DNA of 63,763 nucleotides, filler included, from Reticulomyxa filosa (taxonomy: Eukaryota > Protista > Foraminifera): the NCBI GenBank assembly GCA_000512085.1. It is 28 parts of 28 records of this genome, joined end to end, with 100 filler letters (N's around TTAATTAATTAA, not from the genome) between each part and the next. Parts side by side here need not be neighbours in the genome. Positions count along the whole stretch, not along the records: positions 9,983 to 13,990 come from ASPP01000681.1; positions 14,091 to 15,090 come from ASPP01044440.1; positions 15,191 to 16,370 come from ASPP01003334.1; positions 16,471 to 17,597 come from ASPP01003701.1; positions 17,698 to 18,725 come from ASPP01037073.1; positions 18,826 to 29,120 come from ASPP01024048.1; 22 more parts are not named here. One strand, 5' to 3'. Position numbers and translations under genes: made by a program. The notes under the pieces were generated by a model, which was not told the DNA's origin, did not search any database, and saw nothing but the letters and a program-made list of their open reading frames with translations. Positions 11,761 through 24,370 of this stretch are shown piece by piece. The stretch's first letter is position 1, and the number at the start of each line of letters is the position of its first letter.

Positions 11761-13959
11761 TTAAGAATGTTTGTTGTGTTTTTGTGCTTCTCTATACATA
11801 AGTGCAAAGACGGCAGTAGGATCAACATTAGGATTTTTACTAAGTAATATCTTTGGTGCATCAAATTCGACAACCTTGCCACTGGACAACACGAGAATTT
11901 TGTCACAATCTAGAATAGTTTGCTGTCAGAAATCAGCCCCCAACAACAAAAATTATATATACGTACATGGTGACCCGTTGTAGACACAATATGTTAATGA
12001 AAGAAAAGCAAAGCGAATTTTTTTGATTAACTAGTCTGTGGGCAATAGTCAAAACAGTTCGATCTTTAAATTTTTCCCGAAGCACTTTTTGAATGAGCAA
12101 ATCAGTCAAGGGATCAACACTGGAAGTGGCTTCATCGACCAACAATATTTTGGACGAGTGCAGTAGTGCTCTTGCAACACATATCAATTGCGACTCACCC
12201 ACGCTAAAATTGCTTCCCTGTTCGGCCATGTGAGTGTCCAAGCCGTCGGGCAGCTGTTCGCGTACCATATCATCCAGTTGAACAATGGACAGTACGTCCA
12301 TGATTTGTTGGTCGGTGTACAAATGCATTGGGTCAATGTTATAACGTAGCGTCTCTGTAAACAAGACCGGTTCTTGCGGTATTATCGACAACTTGGCGCG
12401 TAGATCGGACAAGCGCAGATCGCTGCAATTAACACCATCTAACTCGATATGTCCTTGATAAGGTTCCAGCAAACGAAACATGGTTAAAAACAATGACGAT
12501 TTTCCACTGCCAGTTCTACCTACAACGCCTGGGGGAAAAAAAAAATGTATATAATTTTTTTCAAATGATTCGAATCTCCGTACCAAAGCGGTTAAAAAAA
12601 AAAAAAAGGGAGGGTATATAATAGTAACCAATTTTTTGGCACGAGGGAATGGAAATGTTGATCCCATTCAACACATCTTCCAAATGTTCTCGGTAGCGTG
12701 CACGCAAATGTTTGAATTCCATTTTTCCAGTGGTGGGCCACTCTTGCGGTGGCTGTATACGTCCCGGATGGCCTTCGGGTGGTAGATTTTTGTATTCCAA
12801 GATGCGTTCGACAGAAGTCATGTGACTTTCCAATTCTGCCGACAGTCGGACAGCCCATTGCAATCCGGCACTCAACATCGTCATGTAAGACAGTGCCAAT
12901 CCCACGGCCCCGCCACTGCCACTCAAGTAAACGCAGAGTAAGGCGGTGGAAAAGACCAGCAATGTAACGATGAGATCCACGGTAAATCCCAGCCAACGTG
13001 AGATCGCTTCAAAGATCAAGCACACTCGAGTATTGACATCCACCATATCCAGCGCTCCATTCAACATCATCTCTTGCTTGTTGTACGCCCGAATCGTGGA
13101 CAGACCACTGAAAAGCACGCTAAAGTGGGCAAAAATTGGAGACCGGGTTGTACCATCCAGTCGCTTCAGTGTACGTGACGACGCCAAGAACACGCGACAT
13201 CCCCAAGCAAATCCCACCAATGTAGGCAATACCAACAACAATACCCAAGGGCTCGCCAATCCGGCGACGATCACACTCATGAAGCAAATGGCCAATGCTA
13301 GTCCCAATTTGTTTTTTTTTTGTTTGTGTTCAATCATTTATTATCACACGTTATTTTGTTCAAAACAAAACGTTAACTCTGAATAGCATCATAAGTTACA
13401 TAAGGAAGCATTTCGTCCACCACCCATTGATCTTTGCTAAAACGATTTAATATTCGGCCTGCAGAATCAATCACAAGCACAGGATGTACAATCAAAGTAA
13501 AGCAATTGCTTACATGAACAAATATGCATATGTTTGGAAATAAAAACGTTTGCTTTTTGTTATAATCTGTTCCAAAAAAAAAAAAAAAAAAAGAAAATAA
13601 ATAACCAGTAGGATTGCTTTCGAAAAAGCGCATTGATGCGTACAAAACCCCTTTGAATGCCCCGTTGTGCAACTCCAAGGCGCCGCCCAGAAGTACCAAA
13701 AAGCTAGTAACGGCTCTTGAGATAGTCAAACACACGGTGCCGGCGACAATTCCAACGTAAATATACAAATAATGTCTTTTAGAAGATTGAACGTCCGGAT
13801 CTAAACCACTCCAATAACCTAGCCAATACTCGCTTGCTGTCAAGCACACTTGAGCACTGACCATCAATCCCAACAAACCCAAAGCCTTCGCCACTCGAAC
13901 GTACAGGTTATTTGTTGCGGATGAAAACACGCTCAAATACGTACCTATACCGATTGATC
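11761..13959 (-). CDS. ABCC (MRP-type) ABC transporter, C-terminal half (TMD2-NBD2)
   Basis: Exons 13959-13606, 13458-13378, 13297-12629, 12528-12032 and 11922-11761. Motifs [31 protein letters not shown], Walker A GRTGSGKS, signature FSVGESQL, Walker [14 protein letters not shown]-loop IAHRL. Confidence 0.96.
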
Positions 13960-15647
13960 CTATTTGATTGTTATTATTTGTGTTTATTTANNNNNNNNNN
14001 NNNNNNNNNNNNNNNNNNNNNNNNNNNNNNNNNNTTAATTAATTAANNNNNNNNNNNNNNNNNNNNNNNNNNNNNNNNNNNNNNNNNNNNTTTAGTATCG
14101 CAATCTTTTGTCATTTGTAATTAGAAGATTTCCTCCATTTTTTGAAACATTTGATGTGATTGCATTAGATACTTCCCAGGTTCTTTTAATCAAAGTGAAC
14201 TGCTCTCAGACTGGTAATATTTGCGCTAAAATTTGATTTTGAAAAAAGCAATCAAATTGCTTAACAATTCTACAGCGTAATTCTACATTCACTAATTACT
14301 TTCATAATTTGAAAGCTTTGAGTTAGGTGTCTTGTTTTCAATCTTCTTAGTGAAATTTTCACTGTTGAGAAAACCTATGAAGACTAAGCAAGCATAACAT
14401 TACGCCTTGTTGCTGTGTTTTGATTTGATAAACCAATTTTCTATCAATTAAAATCGGTGGCCGACAAAAGGTATAATTTTGATTTATCATATATTGCTTC
14501 TTTATTTTCTTTTGCGTGCAACTTGATCTATGAGATAAATCCTTGTTGTATCCCAGAAAAAGCTCTGTATGTATTCATTTTATAAACCAGTCAAAGAAAG
14601 CACTTTAAAAATACCTTGAATGTAGAACTTTTCTGTAACAATAGGATAAGTCATTTTACACGACGCACAAAGTGTAATACGAAAATTGCAAACGACAAAA
14701 ACAACAAAGAAGAAAACAGGTGAAGAGTGATAGTTAGTAAATTTGAGACTAAAGGGCTGTGCTTGCATTCTCAAACAGAAGAAAACTTTGGTGAAGTTAA
14801 AGTGGAAATGTCTTGGATAAAAAGGTTCAACATCTCTTTTCAATTGGTAACAAGATAGACGTTGCCCTATAGACTCATGAAACGTTTGGGATAAAAATAT
14901 TTTGGTAAAGTATTTGGACTTGCAAGGCAAAATTGAAACATAATATTGGAAAGTGCTCTCAATAAAAGCATCTGTTGTATTACACTTACAACTTCTGTAC
15001 CTGAGCTTCCTACAAAACATTGTTGAATTATCAAAATTTTTTAATTATTTTTATGTAATTATTATCATCAAGTCATATCTTTGAGTATTTNNNNNNNNNN
15101 NNNNNNNNNNNNNNNNNNNNNNNNNNNNNNNNNNTTAATTAATTAANNNNNNNNNNNNNNNNNNNNNNNNNNNNNNNNNNNNNNNNNNNNATTATCATGA
15201 AATATTTCTGTGTTTTTAAGAATATTTTGTTTCATTGAGCTCAAAGAAAAGTTACATTAAATGGCAAGCAACTGTATCACAATTTCTACCAGGATGCTGC
15301 AAATGGAGTAAAATTAATAGTAACACTTACTTTTACGTTGTATTGGAAAGGCAAGTCAATTAGTCTTCCATGTTCTAGTTCAAAACAGTTAAATTTTTTC
15401 TACTCTAAAAAATCGCTTTCAATAACTGATTAGAAACAATAGATTTGATAAAACAGTGAAGATAAGTCAAAATGCTGTTTTCGAAACAAAGTTTAGCGGA
15501 GAAATTAAACAATTATTAGTGAAAGTACGAATAGACTGAATCCGATTTTCCTACGATTAGTTATGTAATAAAAGGAAACTTTTTCATATACTATATTTCG
15601 GACAAGCACATTGTTCTGAAATGAATTCCAAAACCTTTCCCTTTCAT

Positions 15648-16370
15648 TTATTTTTTCATGTAATACATATATGTGGAAATTTTATCATTTCGTGCCCTTG
15701 ACCGTGCCTTTTGTTTCTCTTCCTCTGTCAAGTTTTGGACAGGAGCATCTGGAGCCAATTGTTCTTTTTCGGCCTTTTGTTGCTTGTACATGGCATGATC
15801 TAACGCCATATTATCGTTAACATAAGAGCCAATAACCTTTAAATCTTGTTCATTTTTAACGTTGCGTTGAAGGAACACCGTATGTGCATGAGTGATAGCT
15901 CGTGATTGTTCATATTTTCCCTATTTCAAAAAATTCAATTGACACGTGGGTTAAAATGTATTTATAAATATTGTATATATACGTATTTGAGTAACTTGCA
16001 AGCATAGTTCTGTGGTTACTCTTGTGGCATGCTTGCTCAACAACTCCACGTTCAATTTTTCACGTGCTTCCTTTTTACTAAATACAATAGGTTTTTGTTG
16101 TGTGATGACCCGAAGCATCTTTGTCCCGTCCAATTTGGTGTAGGTGATTTGTACTTGAAATGGCAATGACGTTAAGTCTCTGTAAAATTCAATGCGGTCT
16201 TTTCGAACATTGAATTCAAAGAATATCTGCGTGTCTTCAAACACATTGCCAACATCGGTGATCTGATGAGTTGCCTCAAACTGTACCGTTGTGATGGGTT
16301 TTTCTCCTTGTAGTGGTTTTTCTCCTTGCAGTGATTTTTCTTCTTGCAGTGGTTTTTCTTCTTGCAGTGG
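15648..16370 (-). CDS. C-terminus of a circularly-permuted-Ras/VWA (Sec23/24-like) family protein
   Basis: Exons <16370-15996 and 15920-15648 are in phase. LPFQVQITYTKLDGTKMLRVIT followed by a helical ..LCLQGKYEQSR.. region resembles CPRas1-like C-termini (family call from memory). Confidence 0.6.
16298..16370 (-). repeat. 18-bp coding tandem repeat x4 (PLQEEK/SLQGEK/PLQGEK)
   Basis: ggtttttct(c/t)cttg(c/t)agt units run to the contig edge. Confidence 0.9.
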
Positions 16371-16930
16371 NNNNNNNNNNNNNNNNNNNNNNNNNNNNNN
16401 NNNNNNNNNNNNNNTTAATTAATTAANNNNNNNNNNNNNNNNNNNNNNNNNNNNNNNNNNNNNNNNNNNNACAAACGCAGTCAAAAAACAACAATACGGC
16501 TAAAATTTAAAAATAATTGTCAATTCTTTATTAAAACGAAAATTCTGTCGAAAAAATTATTTAAATTTTTGAACAATTAGAAAGATTTAATAAAAAACCA
16601 AATTCAAAATCATATTTAAAAACTGTAGTATTCGCAGATATTTTTTTAAAAGTTAGGTCTGAATGTTGTCTTTTCATGAAGAAAATCAATAATCATAAGG
16701 GCTGTTATGTGAACTTTCTTTTGCATTCTACTGTAGATACCATAATCAGTTTTGTACAAATTTTTAAAAATTTCTTATCTTCATTAAAAAAAATCATGTA
16801 TATAGTTAAATTCCATTATTCATACTGCCAAAATATTTTTGGCAACCCCTTTCGTTGCTTTTCAACGAAAAAAGTTCAATAATTTCCATTTTACATCATC
16901 AAAGACTGTCTTAGCAAACGAAGTTGAAAA

Positions 16931-17597
16931 ATGACAAATCTTAACAATGAAAAACAAACTTTAACACAACTAGCATTAGTAAGCTCTCTTACAAGCTTTC
17001 AGTAAGTTTGTTGCTTTTATTTATTATATACATGTGTGATTAAAACAGTCTGAAGGAGAAGAGATTCAAGTAATTGTACAACATTGGATTCGAATATTGC
17101 ACATCAAATTCGGTTGGATTCATGAACTTGACAAACTTGTTGCTAATTATGTTATGCTTTATTTTTTGTTTTTCATTAAATAATAATATTATCTTCCAAT
17201 ATTTATTTGTTATTTTGATCCATAATTATAACTTAACACAGGCTACCGTCTTCATGTTTGACACATTTCGCTCATCATCCAAACTACTTAAAATATTCAC
17301 TAGACACATAGATTGTGTAAATAGTATTGATTATTCAACATTTGATGATAATCAATTCATTTGTTCTGGATCATGTGATGCAGTTCGCATATGGGATTAT
17401 GATAACAACAAACAAATTCAGTTATTCAACGGACATGAGTCTGAAGTATATTGTGTGAAATTTTCACAATATCACAATCATAGTCATCATCAAAATGTCA
17501 TTTGTTCTTCATCAAGTGACAATACTATTCGTTTTTGGGATTTCAAATATAATCAACAATTGCAATTATTCAATGAACACACTGATAGTGTTATTGA
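16931..17597 (+). CDS. WD40-repeat protein of an expanded family, 3' truncated
   Basis: Exons 16931-16978, 17049-17150 and 17242->17597. Reads IQVIVQHWIRILHIKFGWIHELDKLVANY, then MFDTFRSSSKLL and GH...WD repeats. Confidence 0.9.
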
Positions 17598-18827
17598 NNN
17601 NNNNNNNNNNNNNNNNNNNNNNNNNNNNNNNNNNNNNNNNNTTAATTAATTAANNNNNNNNNNNNNNNNNNNNNNNNNNNNNNNNNNNNNNNNNNNNCGT
17701 CCCAAAAGTACAAAATTTGAAGTATTGTTCATAGTGGAAAAATATGTCAGTGAAGGTGTTTGGTTTAAGGTGGTGTCTTGGTGTTGTACTTCATATACAA
17801 AGAAACAAAATTGAAAATTGTAATTTTATGAAGTAAGCCATTCTTACATTCTGCTTTTGTTTTTAACACTAAGCATTGACATGTTAGCCTCAAAAGTGCG
17901 ATGTGGCTTGGGTTAAAACCCTGCTTACTTTTATCATTTGTTGTTTACGACGCTTCCTCATAGTGAAAACGCTTTTTTTTTGCAAAGGTACGTGTATTCC
18001 CCTCTGTTTCTTTATACGCGGAATAGCCCTAATTAATTAACAGCACCCCAACACCAACCAAGAGTAATAAGAAATTTCAGTCAAACACTGCAAAAAAAAC
18101 TAGAGTTTTTTAATTGAACTTTGTTTGAAAGGGTTTTTTATCCTCTAGTCTTTTTTTGGAATATGCAGCAGTTTTAGAAATGTTTGTTGTTATCTTTTAA
18201 AACTTTGAAAATTTGCTTAATAAAAAGTTGCTGAAAGAAAGGTCAGTCAATAAGTTGTATAATAAAAATGATAAAAAAAAATGTGCCAAGTTAGTTACTG
18301 TAAGTACGGTACTCGCATAATTTTTTTTTAATATTTGTATGTAGCTAGATGAATATGAATATAAATGACTTAATGGAGAAATAAATAAAGAAGAATAGTC
18401 AGAAATAGTGCTGTTGCCATTAATGAGCAGACTATGTGGCGAATGCTTTACTAAGTACGATAAGTGCAAAAGCATTCACTTTGGTGAGATCAATCGAATC
18501 TATATGCTATTTGAGAAAGATCTCGCGTGTCTGTTTGCAAAGGACGAACGTCCAGTCAGCGAGTCAGTCACGCCAAGTCTATTGTTCCATTGTCTCAAGT
18601 CAGGAGCAAGCTGTCGAAAAGTACCAAACTTCACGTTTAATCAGTCTTTTTTAAATATACAAATTGTAAAAAATGATGTTGTGAAAATTTAAAAAAAGTG
18701 TAATGCAGAGAAAAACAAATGTATANNNNNNNNNNNNNNNNNNNNNNNNNNNNNNNNNNNNNNNNNNNNTTAATTAATTAANNNNNNNNNNNNNNNNNNN
18801 NNNNNNNNNNNNNNNNNNNNNNNNNTT

Positions 18828-18866
<39 letters not shown>

Positions 18867-18910
18867 GTCACTTTACTTTTTTTTTTATTTATTTAAAAAA
18901 AAAAAAAAAG

Positions 18911-19486
18911 CTTGAGTTAAATCAAGTCAAGGCACGTTGCCAAAAGTTGGAACTGTTGCTGCAAGGTCGTGATGAACTCATTGCCAAAATGAAAGTTTGG
19001 CTTTGTGTGTATTTAATTGTTCATTGTTGTGTACATGCATTTACATTACAATCAAATAATTCCAAAGCTGGAAGACCAGTCAAAAAATACGACTTTATCC
19101 TTGCTACAAAATGAAATTGATGCAATGAGAGTTAAGCATAAATCTACAATATTACTTACTTTTTGTTTTGTTTGAAAGAAAAGCAATGGTTTTTTTTTTT
19201 TTTTCAAAAGAAAAAACAAATTCAAGAGATTGCCGCGACTGCGAATAAATCTCGTGCGTCCATATCGCAGACAAGCATGTGCAAAGACGAAACAGACAAC
19301 AGATCTTCCCAAACTGAACCTTTGCAAAGTAAGCCGGTGGCGGCTAACCCTAACAATCGGGCTTCGTCCACGTGCAAGTCATTGATTCACATTGGCGAAT
19401 GGCTTTTAGTCATTGCTGTTTTTCTCTACTTGTGCGTTTCTTTGCAGCTGTTGCAACCTGCCACGCCAACAGCAGATACTGAGTGA
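18911..19486 (+). CDS. Coiled-coil protein with C-terminal transmembrane anchor, 5' truncated
   Basis: Short in-phase exons LELNQVKARCQKLELLLQGRDELIAKMK / LEDQSKNTTLSLLQNEIDAMR / KKQIQEIAA...WLLVIAVFLYLCVSLQLL...TE*. Confidence 0.55.
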
Positions 19487-19998
19487 AAGTTCCAATAGTT
19501 ACATTACAGTTGTTGATGTTGTTGTTTGCTTTCGTTTTAAACCGCTTTCGAACTTTTTTTTCCCCCCTCACATTTATTTAACTTACTTTTTTTTTACTAT
19601 TATCTACCCCGGTTTTATCAAGTTATTCAATTTTTATAATCATATCTGTTATTTTTTGCACTTCTCTTATTTATTAAACAAGCTTTGAATGCAATGGAAA
19701 AATATAAAACTTTAAAAATAGAACAATGATGAAAGACTGAAGACAATTGCCAAATATCTCTTTTTTTGAAATAGATTTTAAACATAATTTTCTTAGGAAT
19801 GTTATCTTTTGCTGAAAGAAAATACATTCACGTCACAAATCACTCTTTCTAATTTTTCTAATTTTGCGGCAATAATTAATGCATCTTGCTCATCAGGTTC
19901 TAACATTTGGATTGTACGAACAGTTTATTTGCTTTGTTAAAAATTAAAAGCTAATCTTGTTCTAGCTTGCTTAAAAATGGATTTGTGCAATAGGAAAT

Positions 19999-20931
19999 AT
20001 GGGAAACAGTATATGCCATTTGAACTTGCCAAATATTCGCGCTAAAACAACAAAGCAATGCGAGCAAAAGAAAAAAACTTCGACTGTAAAAAGTAAACAT
20101 CCCATGACAGAATCACTTCAAATCTATCAAGAAAACCAAAATGAATATGAATATTTGTCTAAGTTAACGCATTTTCCAGAGCATGAGCTGAAATTATTGC
20201 ATTCTTTGTTTTACACGTTAGATAATTTAATTAAACAAGACAACATCATTAGTTTAGAAGAACTAGCTATTGCTTTAGAAATACCTCAGTCCTCATTAAT
20301 TTTGAATCGGTTATTTAGTATTCTTGATCGATCACAGATTGGACTGCTTAGGTTTCGAAATTTTGCAACAGCTATGAGTATTTTAGACACAAGAGGAAGT
20401 ATGGAAGACAAAATTAAGCTTTCATTTAAAATTTATGACTTGAACAACGATGGTGTTATTGACAAAGACGAAATGATACAGCTATTACTTTCGACACACT
20501 TGTTGTACTTGGACAACTCTAATAAACCAATTTTTGACAACGTAAATTTAACGAAATGCTACTCAGAAATTATCGACAACACTTGGAACCGGTTCAAGAA
20601 ACACAAAAAAGTTCAAAACGATTCTATTTCGTTTGAAGAGTATAAACAATACTGCCTCAGTAACCCCCAAATTCTCAAGTACTTTAATTTTGATGTCGGA
20701 TTTTTATTGTCGTTTGAGGCAGACATTCGTAAAAAAAGAAAGTATACTAACTCAATTTTTAAGCGAAAACAACTTACACACGGGCCTCTTGTGTCAATTA
20801 AACAAAGCCCACAACGATTGAAGGAACTTTGTTCTAATTTGAAATTCAAAGCATCAGTCGTTTTTACAAACAATGTGGAAAGAGTGTATCCTGTTGATCT
20901 CCCGCATGATATATGTGCAGATATAAACTAA
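19999..20931 (+). CDS. Calcineurin B-like (CBL/NCS superfamily) EF-hand calcium sensor, 310 aa, intronless
   Basis: N-terminal MGNSIC (Gly2 myristoylation-type), THF..ELKLL..LF, EDKIKLSFKIYDLNNDGVIDKDE (canonical EF3), ISFEEY..NPQIL. Confidence 0.88.
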   Translation: MGNSICHLNLPNIRAKTTKQCEQKKKTSTVKSKHPMTESLQIYQENQNEYEYLSKLTHFPEHELKLLHSLFYTLDNLIKQDNIISLEELAIALEIPQSSLILNRLFSILDRSQIGLLRFRNFATAMSILDTRGSMEDKIKLSFKIYDLNNDGVIDKDEMIQLLLSTHLLYLDNSNKPIFDNVNLTKCYSEIIDNTWNRFKKHKKVQNDSISFEEYKQYCLSNPQILKYFNFDVGFLLSFEADIRKKRKYTNSIFKRKQLTHGPLVSIKQSPQRLKELCSNLKFKASVVFTNNVERVYPVDLPHDICADIN

Positions 20932-21775
20932 TTTGTCATGCGATGATGTTGTCAAAAATTGTAAACACATTAAATATAAATAGTCGACAATGAAGTATGA
21001 TTAATTCTTGAAAAAAGCTTACTAATTGAATCCATATAGTTCTAGTCAAAAAATGAATCAGTTTTTGCCGTTTCAAAATTTCATTCTTCTGTTGGATCTG
21101 TACTTTCATTTCATTTCTTGTTCTGAAACTATTCCAACAACTTTTAAAAAAAAGAATTTGTAATATTTTCTTTTTTTATGGATTTAATATATTAGTAAGT
21201 TGGTAATAAATGTAATTATATTTTATTATTTATGTAAGCGATAATTGCTATATTAAAGTTACATTTATTCATAAATTATAGTCTAATTTTGCTTATCTTC
21301 TTTTACTGTGCTCTTTATATACTATGTAATAAATTTGATTATTTCAATTGTATTGAAAAAATTTTAATTATCTTTTTTTATATTTTTGAATGTGATATTG
21401 CTAGTTTGCAATCATATAAAAACTTCGATATAATATTAGCGTTGACTAAATGTTAATTTTTTAGCAAAATCTATCTTGACGAATTGTAGTTTTACTACAT
21501 TTCTTTGATAGCATTGCATTGTCTAATTGTTCTTTCAATATTGTAATATCGTTGTAAATAATTTAATACATGTATCGCATATTTTATCGTATTTTTTATT
21601 GACTTTGAGTAATATAAGTAAAATATTTAAGAAAAAATCTTTAAAAAAGAATATCTGACCATTTGATATTGACAAATAAGAAGTAAAAACAAAGAAAATA
21701 TTTTTTAAGACGGAGAAGAGTCGTCAATAACATGTTAGGGTCTCATTTTTCTAATAACCGTGATTATATTAAGAG

Positions 21776-22848
21776 ATGTTGGGGAATCTGGAGACAACAC
21801 GTGATGTTTCAGAAGAAACTGAAGCGACATCCCCTAGACTCACCTTTCGAGACAAAGTGAAGTTTGCAACGATTCTCTCGTTTTTTGTAGTGTTACTAAT
21901 TTTGGGACTCACCCTTACTCATCCAATAAAAATAGTAGAATCTGCTCTGCGATGGTTTGAAAAACGTCCCTTGGAGGGGTCATTCCTGATTATCCTATTG
22001 TACATAATTTCGGTCGTGTTTATATTTCCCATCAAAACCGCGCTGGCGCTTTTCGTAGGGTACATGTATGGTTTTTTCGTGGGATTAGTCATCGTTGTAT
22101 TTAGTGCATCTAGTGGTGCTGTTCTTGCATTTGTTTGTGGACGGTATTTTTGCAAGGATACAACGCATAGATGTCTTTCGTCAATGATATCAAAGCGCAA
22201 ACTTGCACGTACAATAAATTTTTTTTTTTAAAAAAAAAGTATTTCGAAGTAACCCTTTTTTAAAAATTTTTGAATGAATGAACATGTATGTTTATGTGTG
22301 TGTATACGTATGAAGGAAGACAATTGCAAATGAAAGCGATGGAACATTTGATTGCAACTCAGCCTTTTAAGACAGTATTGGCGGTGGAACTGACACCAAT
22401 CCCGATGGAATGGGTGAATTACCTGTTTGCCAACACAGAGGTCCGAATTGTGCCGTTTGCAGCGGCTGTCATTTTGACACGTTTTTTCAGCAAAGGGGTG
22501 CTATCCGTATACGTTGGGTCTTTGGCACACAATTTGAATGACATTTTGACCGGCAAGGTCGGAATATCTCATGAGACGATGATCAGCCTTATCGTGACTT
22601 TCGTGCTCTTGCTTGCTTCCTTTGTTCTCTCCTATGTGCTCTATCGAAAGGCAAAGCAATGGATGATCGATCGGACCGGGGACAGCAATAGTAACGATAA
22701 TAACAATTACAATGTCCAACAGATCGGTCTCGAAATTAAGGCAGCTTTGGTTGACGAAAAACATGTGCTGCATGATCATGACGTGTCGTCATCCAATCCT
22801 TTGGACGAAAGGGAAAATAAATCTGTGTCCAATTTTGATGTTGTTTGA
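21776..22848 (+). CDS. VTT/DedA (SNARE-associated Golgi protein, TVP38/TMEM64-like) membrane protein
   Basis: Exons 21776-22208 and 22316-22848 in phase 1. Motifs FIFP...L.LFVGYMYGFFVG, GAVLAFVCGRY, LTPIP...VNYLFA.T. Confidence 0.88.
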
Positions 22849-23443
22849 GGAAACTTTGGTCGCTTCTTTGAGGCTTTTCTGTGCCAATTGTATATATTCG
22901 TGTTCACTCTTTTTTTTCTGACGCTGGGACGTCACTTGTGTAACATTTGTTTTGTTTTTGCTATCAAATCTTATTGATATTTATTTTGAAAACGTATTGT
23001 TTTTTATTACAAAAATATCATCGACATGCCTGCAAATCTCTTCAAAAATTTTTTGCTGAAATATCATCTAGCAAAGTTTTTGTTTTAATGGATCAACTAA
23101 TGTAAAATACGAAGAAAGTTAAACTATTTACTAAAAAATAAAAGAAAAGTTAACATACTGAAAAATGTAGCTTTTTATTAGATGGAAAAGACGTCAGAAG
23201 TTTAAGAAAAAACAAGTTGCTTGTTGTTTGTAGAACTGGAAAGACCGCCTACCGGTTTTTTTTTATAAATTCCAATTTTGTTTGCAATCTATTGACATTT
23301 GAAGAGTTCCAGTAAGTTTATGTTTTTGAGAGGAGAATCGGTTTCAAACATGCTTTCAAGCAGCAAAAAAGCTTAATCCAACTGTGGTTTGCTGTGTTTG
23401 TTGTACAGCGTTTTGCATTCCTTTTTGACAGTCAATACTTCCG

Positions 23444-24370
23444 ATGCAAGATATTAAGTGTGTGGTTGTTGGGGACGGTGCTGTTGGGAAAACAGTTAAC
23501 TATTTCATTTGTTCTGGCTTTTTTTTTGGCCTGATAAAAAAAAAAGAACGTAAAAAAAAAAACGAATAATAAAATTAAAAAAATTTCTGCACTGTACACA
23601 TAAAAAAAGTGTTTGCTGGTCAGCTACACCACGAATGACTTTCCGAAAGACTATGTACCAACTGTTTTTGACAATTACAACGCGACAGTGATGGTTGATA
23701 ATCAACAAATTAACTTGGGATTATGGGACACAGGTTTTTTATTTTTTTTTTTAAATTGTGTACGTATCTTTTTTTTTTCCTATCTCCCCTTTTTGTTGAT
23801 TAGAGTTTTTTTGGTTTTTTTTTTGTGTGTGGTCTCTCTTTGGGATCTGTTGTAATGAAAATGTGCGGCATATGACTTTTGAAAAAAAAAGCCGGCCAAG
23901 AGGACTACGATAGATTACGACCATTGAGCTATCCTCAAACGAACGTATTTTTGATTTGCTTCAGTTTGATCAGCGAAGACAGCTATCACAACGTGACTGA
24001 AAAATGGGTGCCTGAAGTCTCACACCATGCACCAGGTGTTCCTTTGTTGCTGATCGGCACCAAAGCGGACTTAAGAAATGATCCCAAACATAAGTGCCTT
24101 TCGCCTGACATGGGAGAAAAATTAAAGTCAGAAATCCATGCCGTCAAGTATATGGAATGCAGTGCATTGACTCAAGAAAATCTGAAAGAAGTCTTTGACG
24201 AAGCCGTCAGGTTTGTTATGTTGTTGATGTTTGTTTACTCTGTTCAGATGTGGGAGGGGGGGATATCATGCTTAATAAGTGTCAGTTTTATCCGTATTTT
24301 TTTGGGTTTGCACAGAGCTGCTATTGCTGCGCGCAACAAAAAGAAAAAAGGTTCATGTCAAGTGTTGTGA
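23444..24370 (+). CDS. rac: Rac-type Rho-family GTPase, 182 aa
   Basis: Exons 23444-23494, 23610-23733, 23892-24210 and 24316-24370. Motifs [48 protein letters not shown], polybasic tail and CAAX CQVL. Confidence 0.97.

Noticed and set aside
14091-15090. 146-aa minus-strand ORF and similar ORFs in 17698-18725, 33383-34417 and 57421-58527
   Set aside because: No motif or consistent exon structure. Likely chance ORFs or old pseudogene debris.
18030-18040. Natural TAATTAATTAA resembling the linker
   Set aside because: No flanking Ns, and expected by chance in AT-rich DNA.
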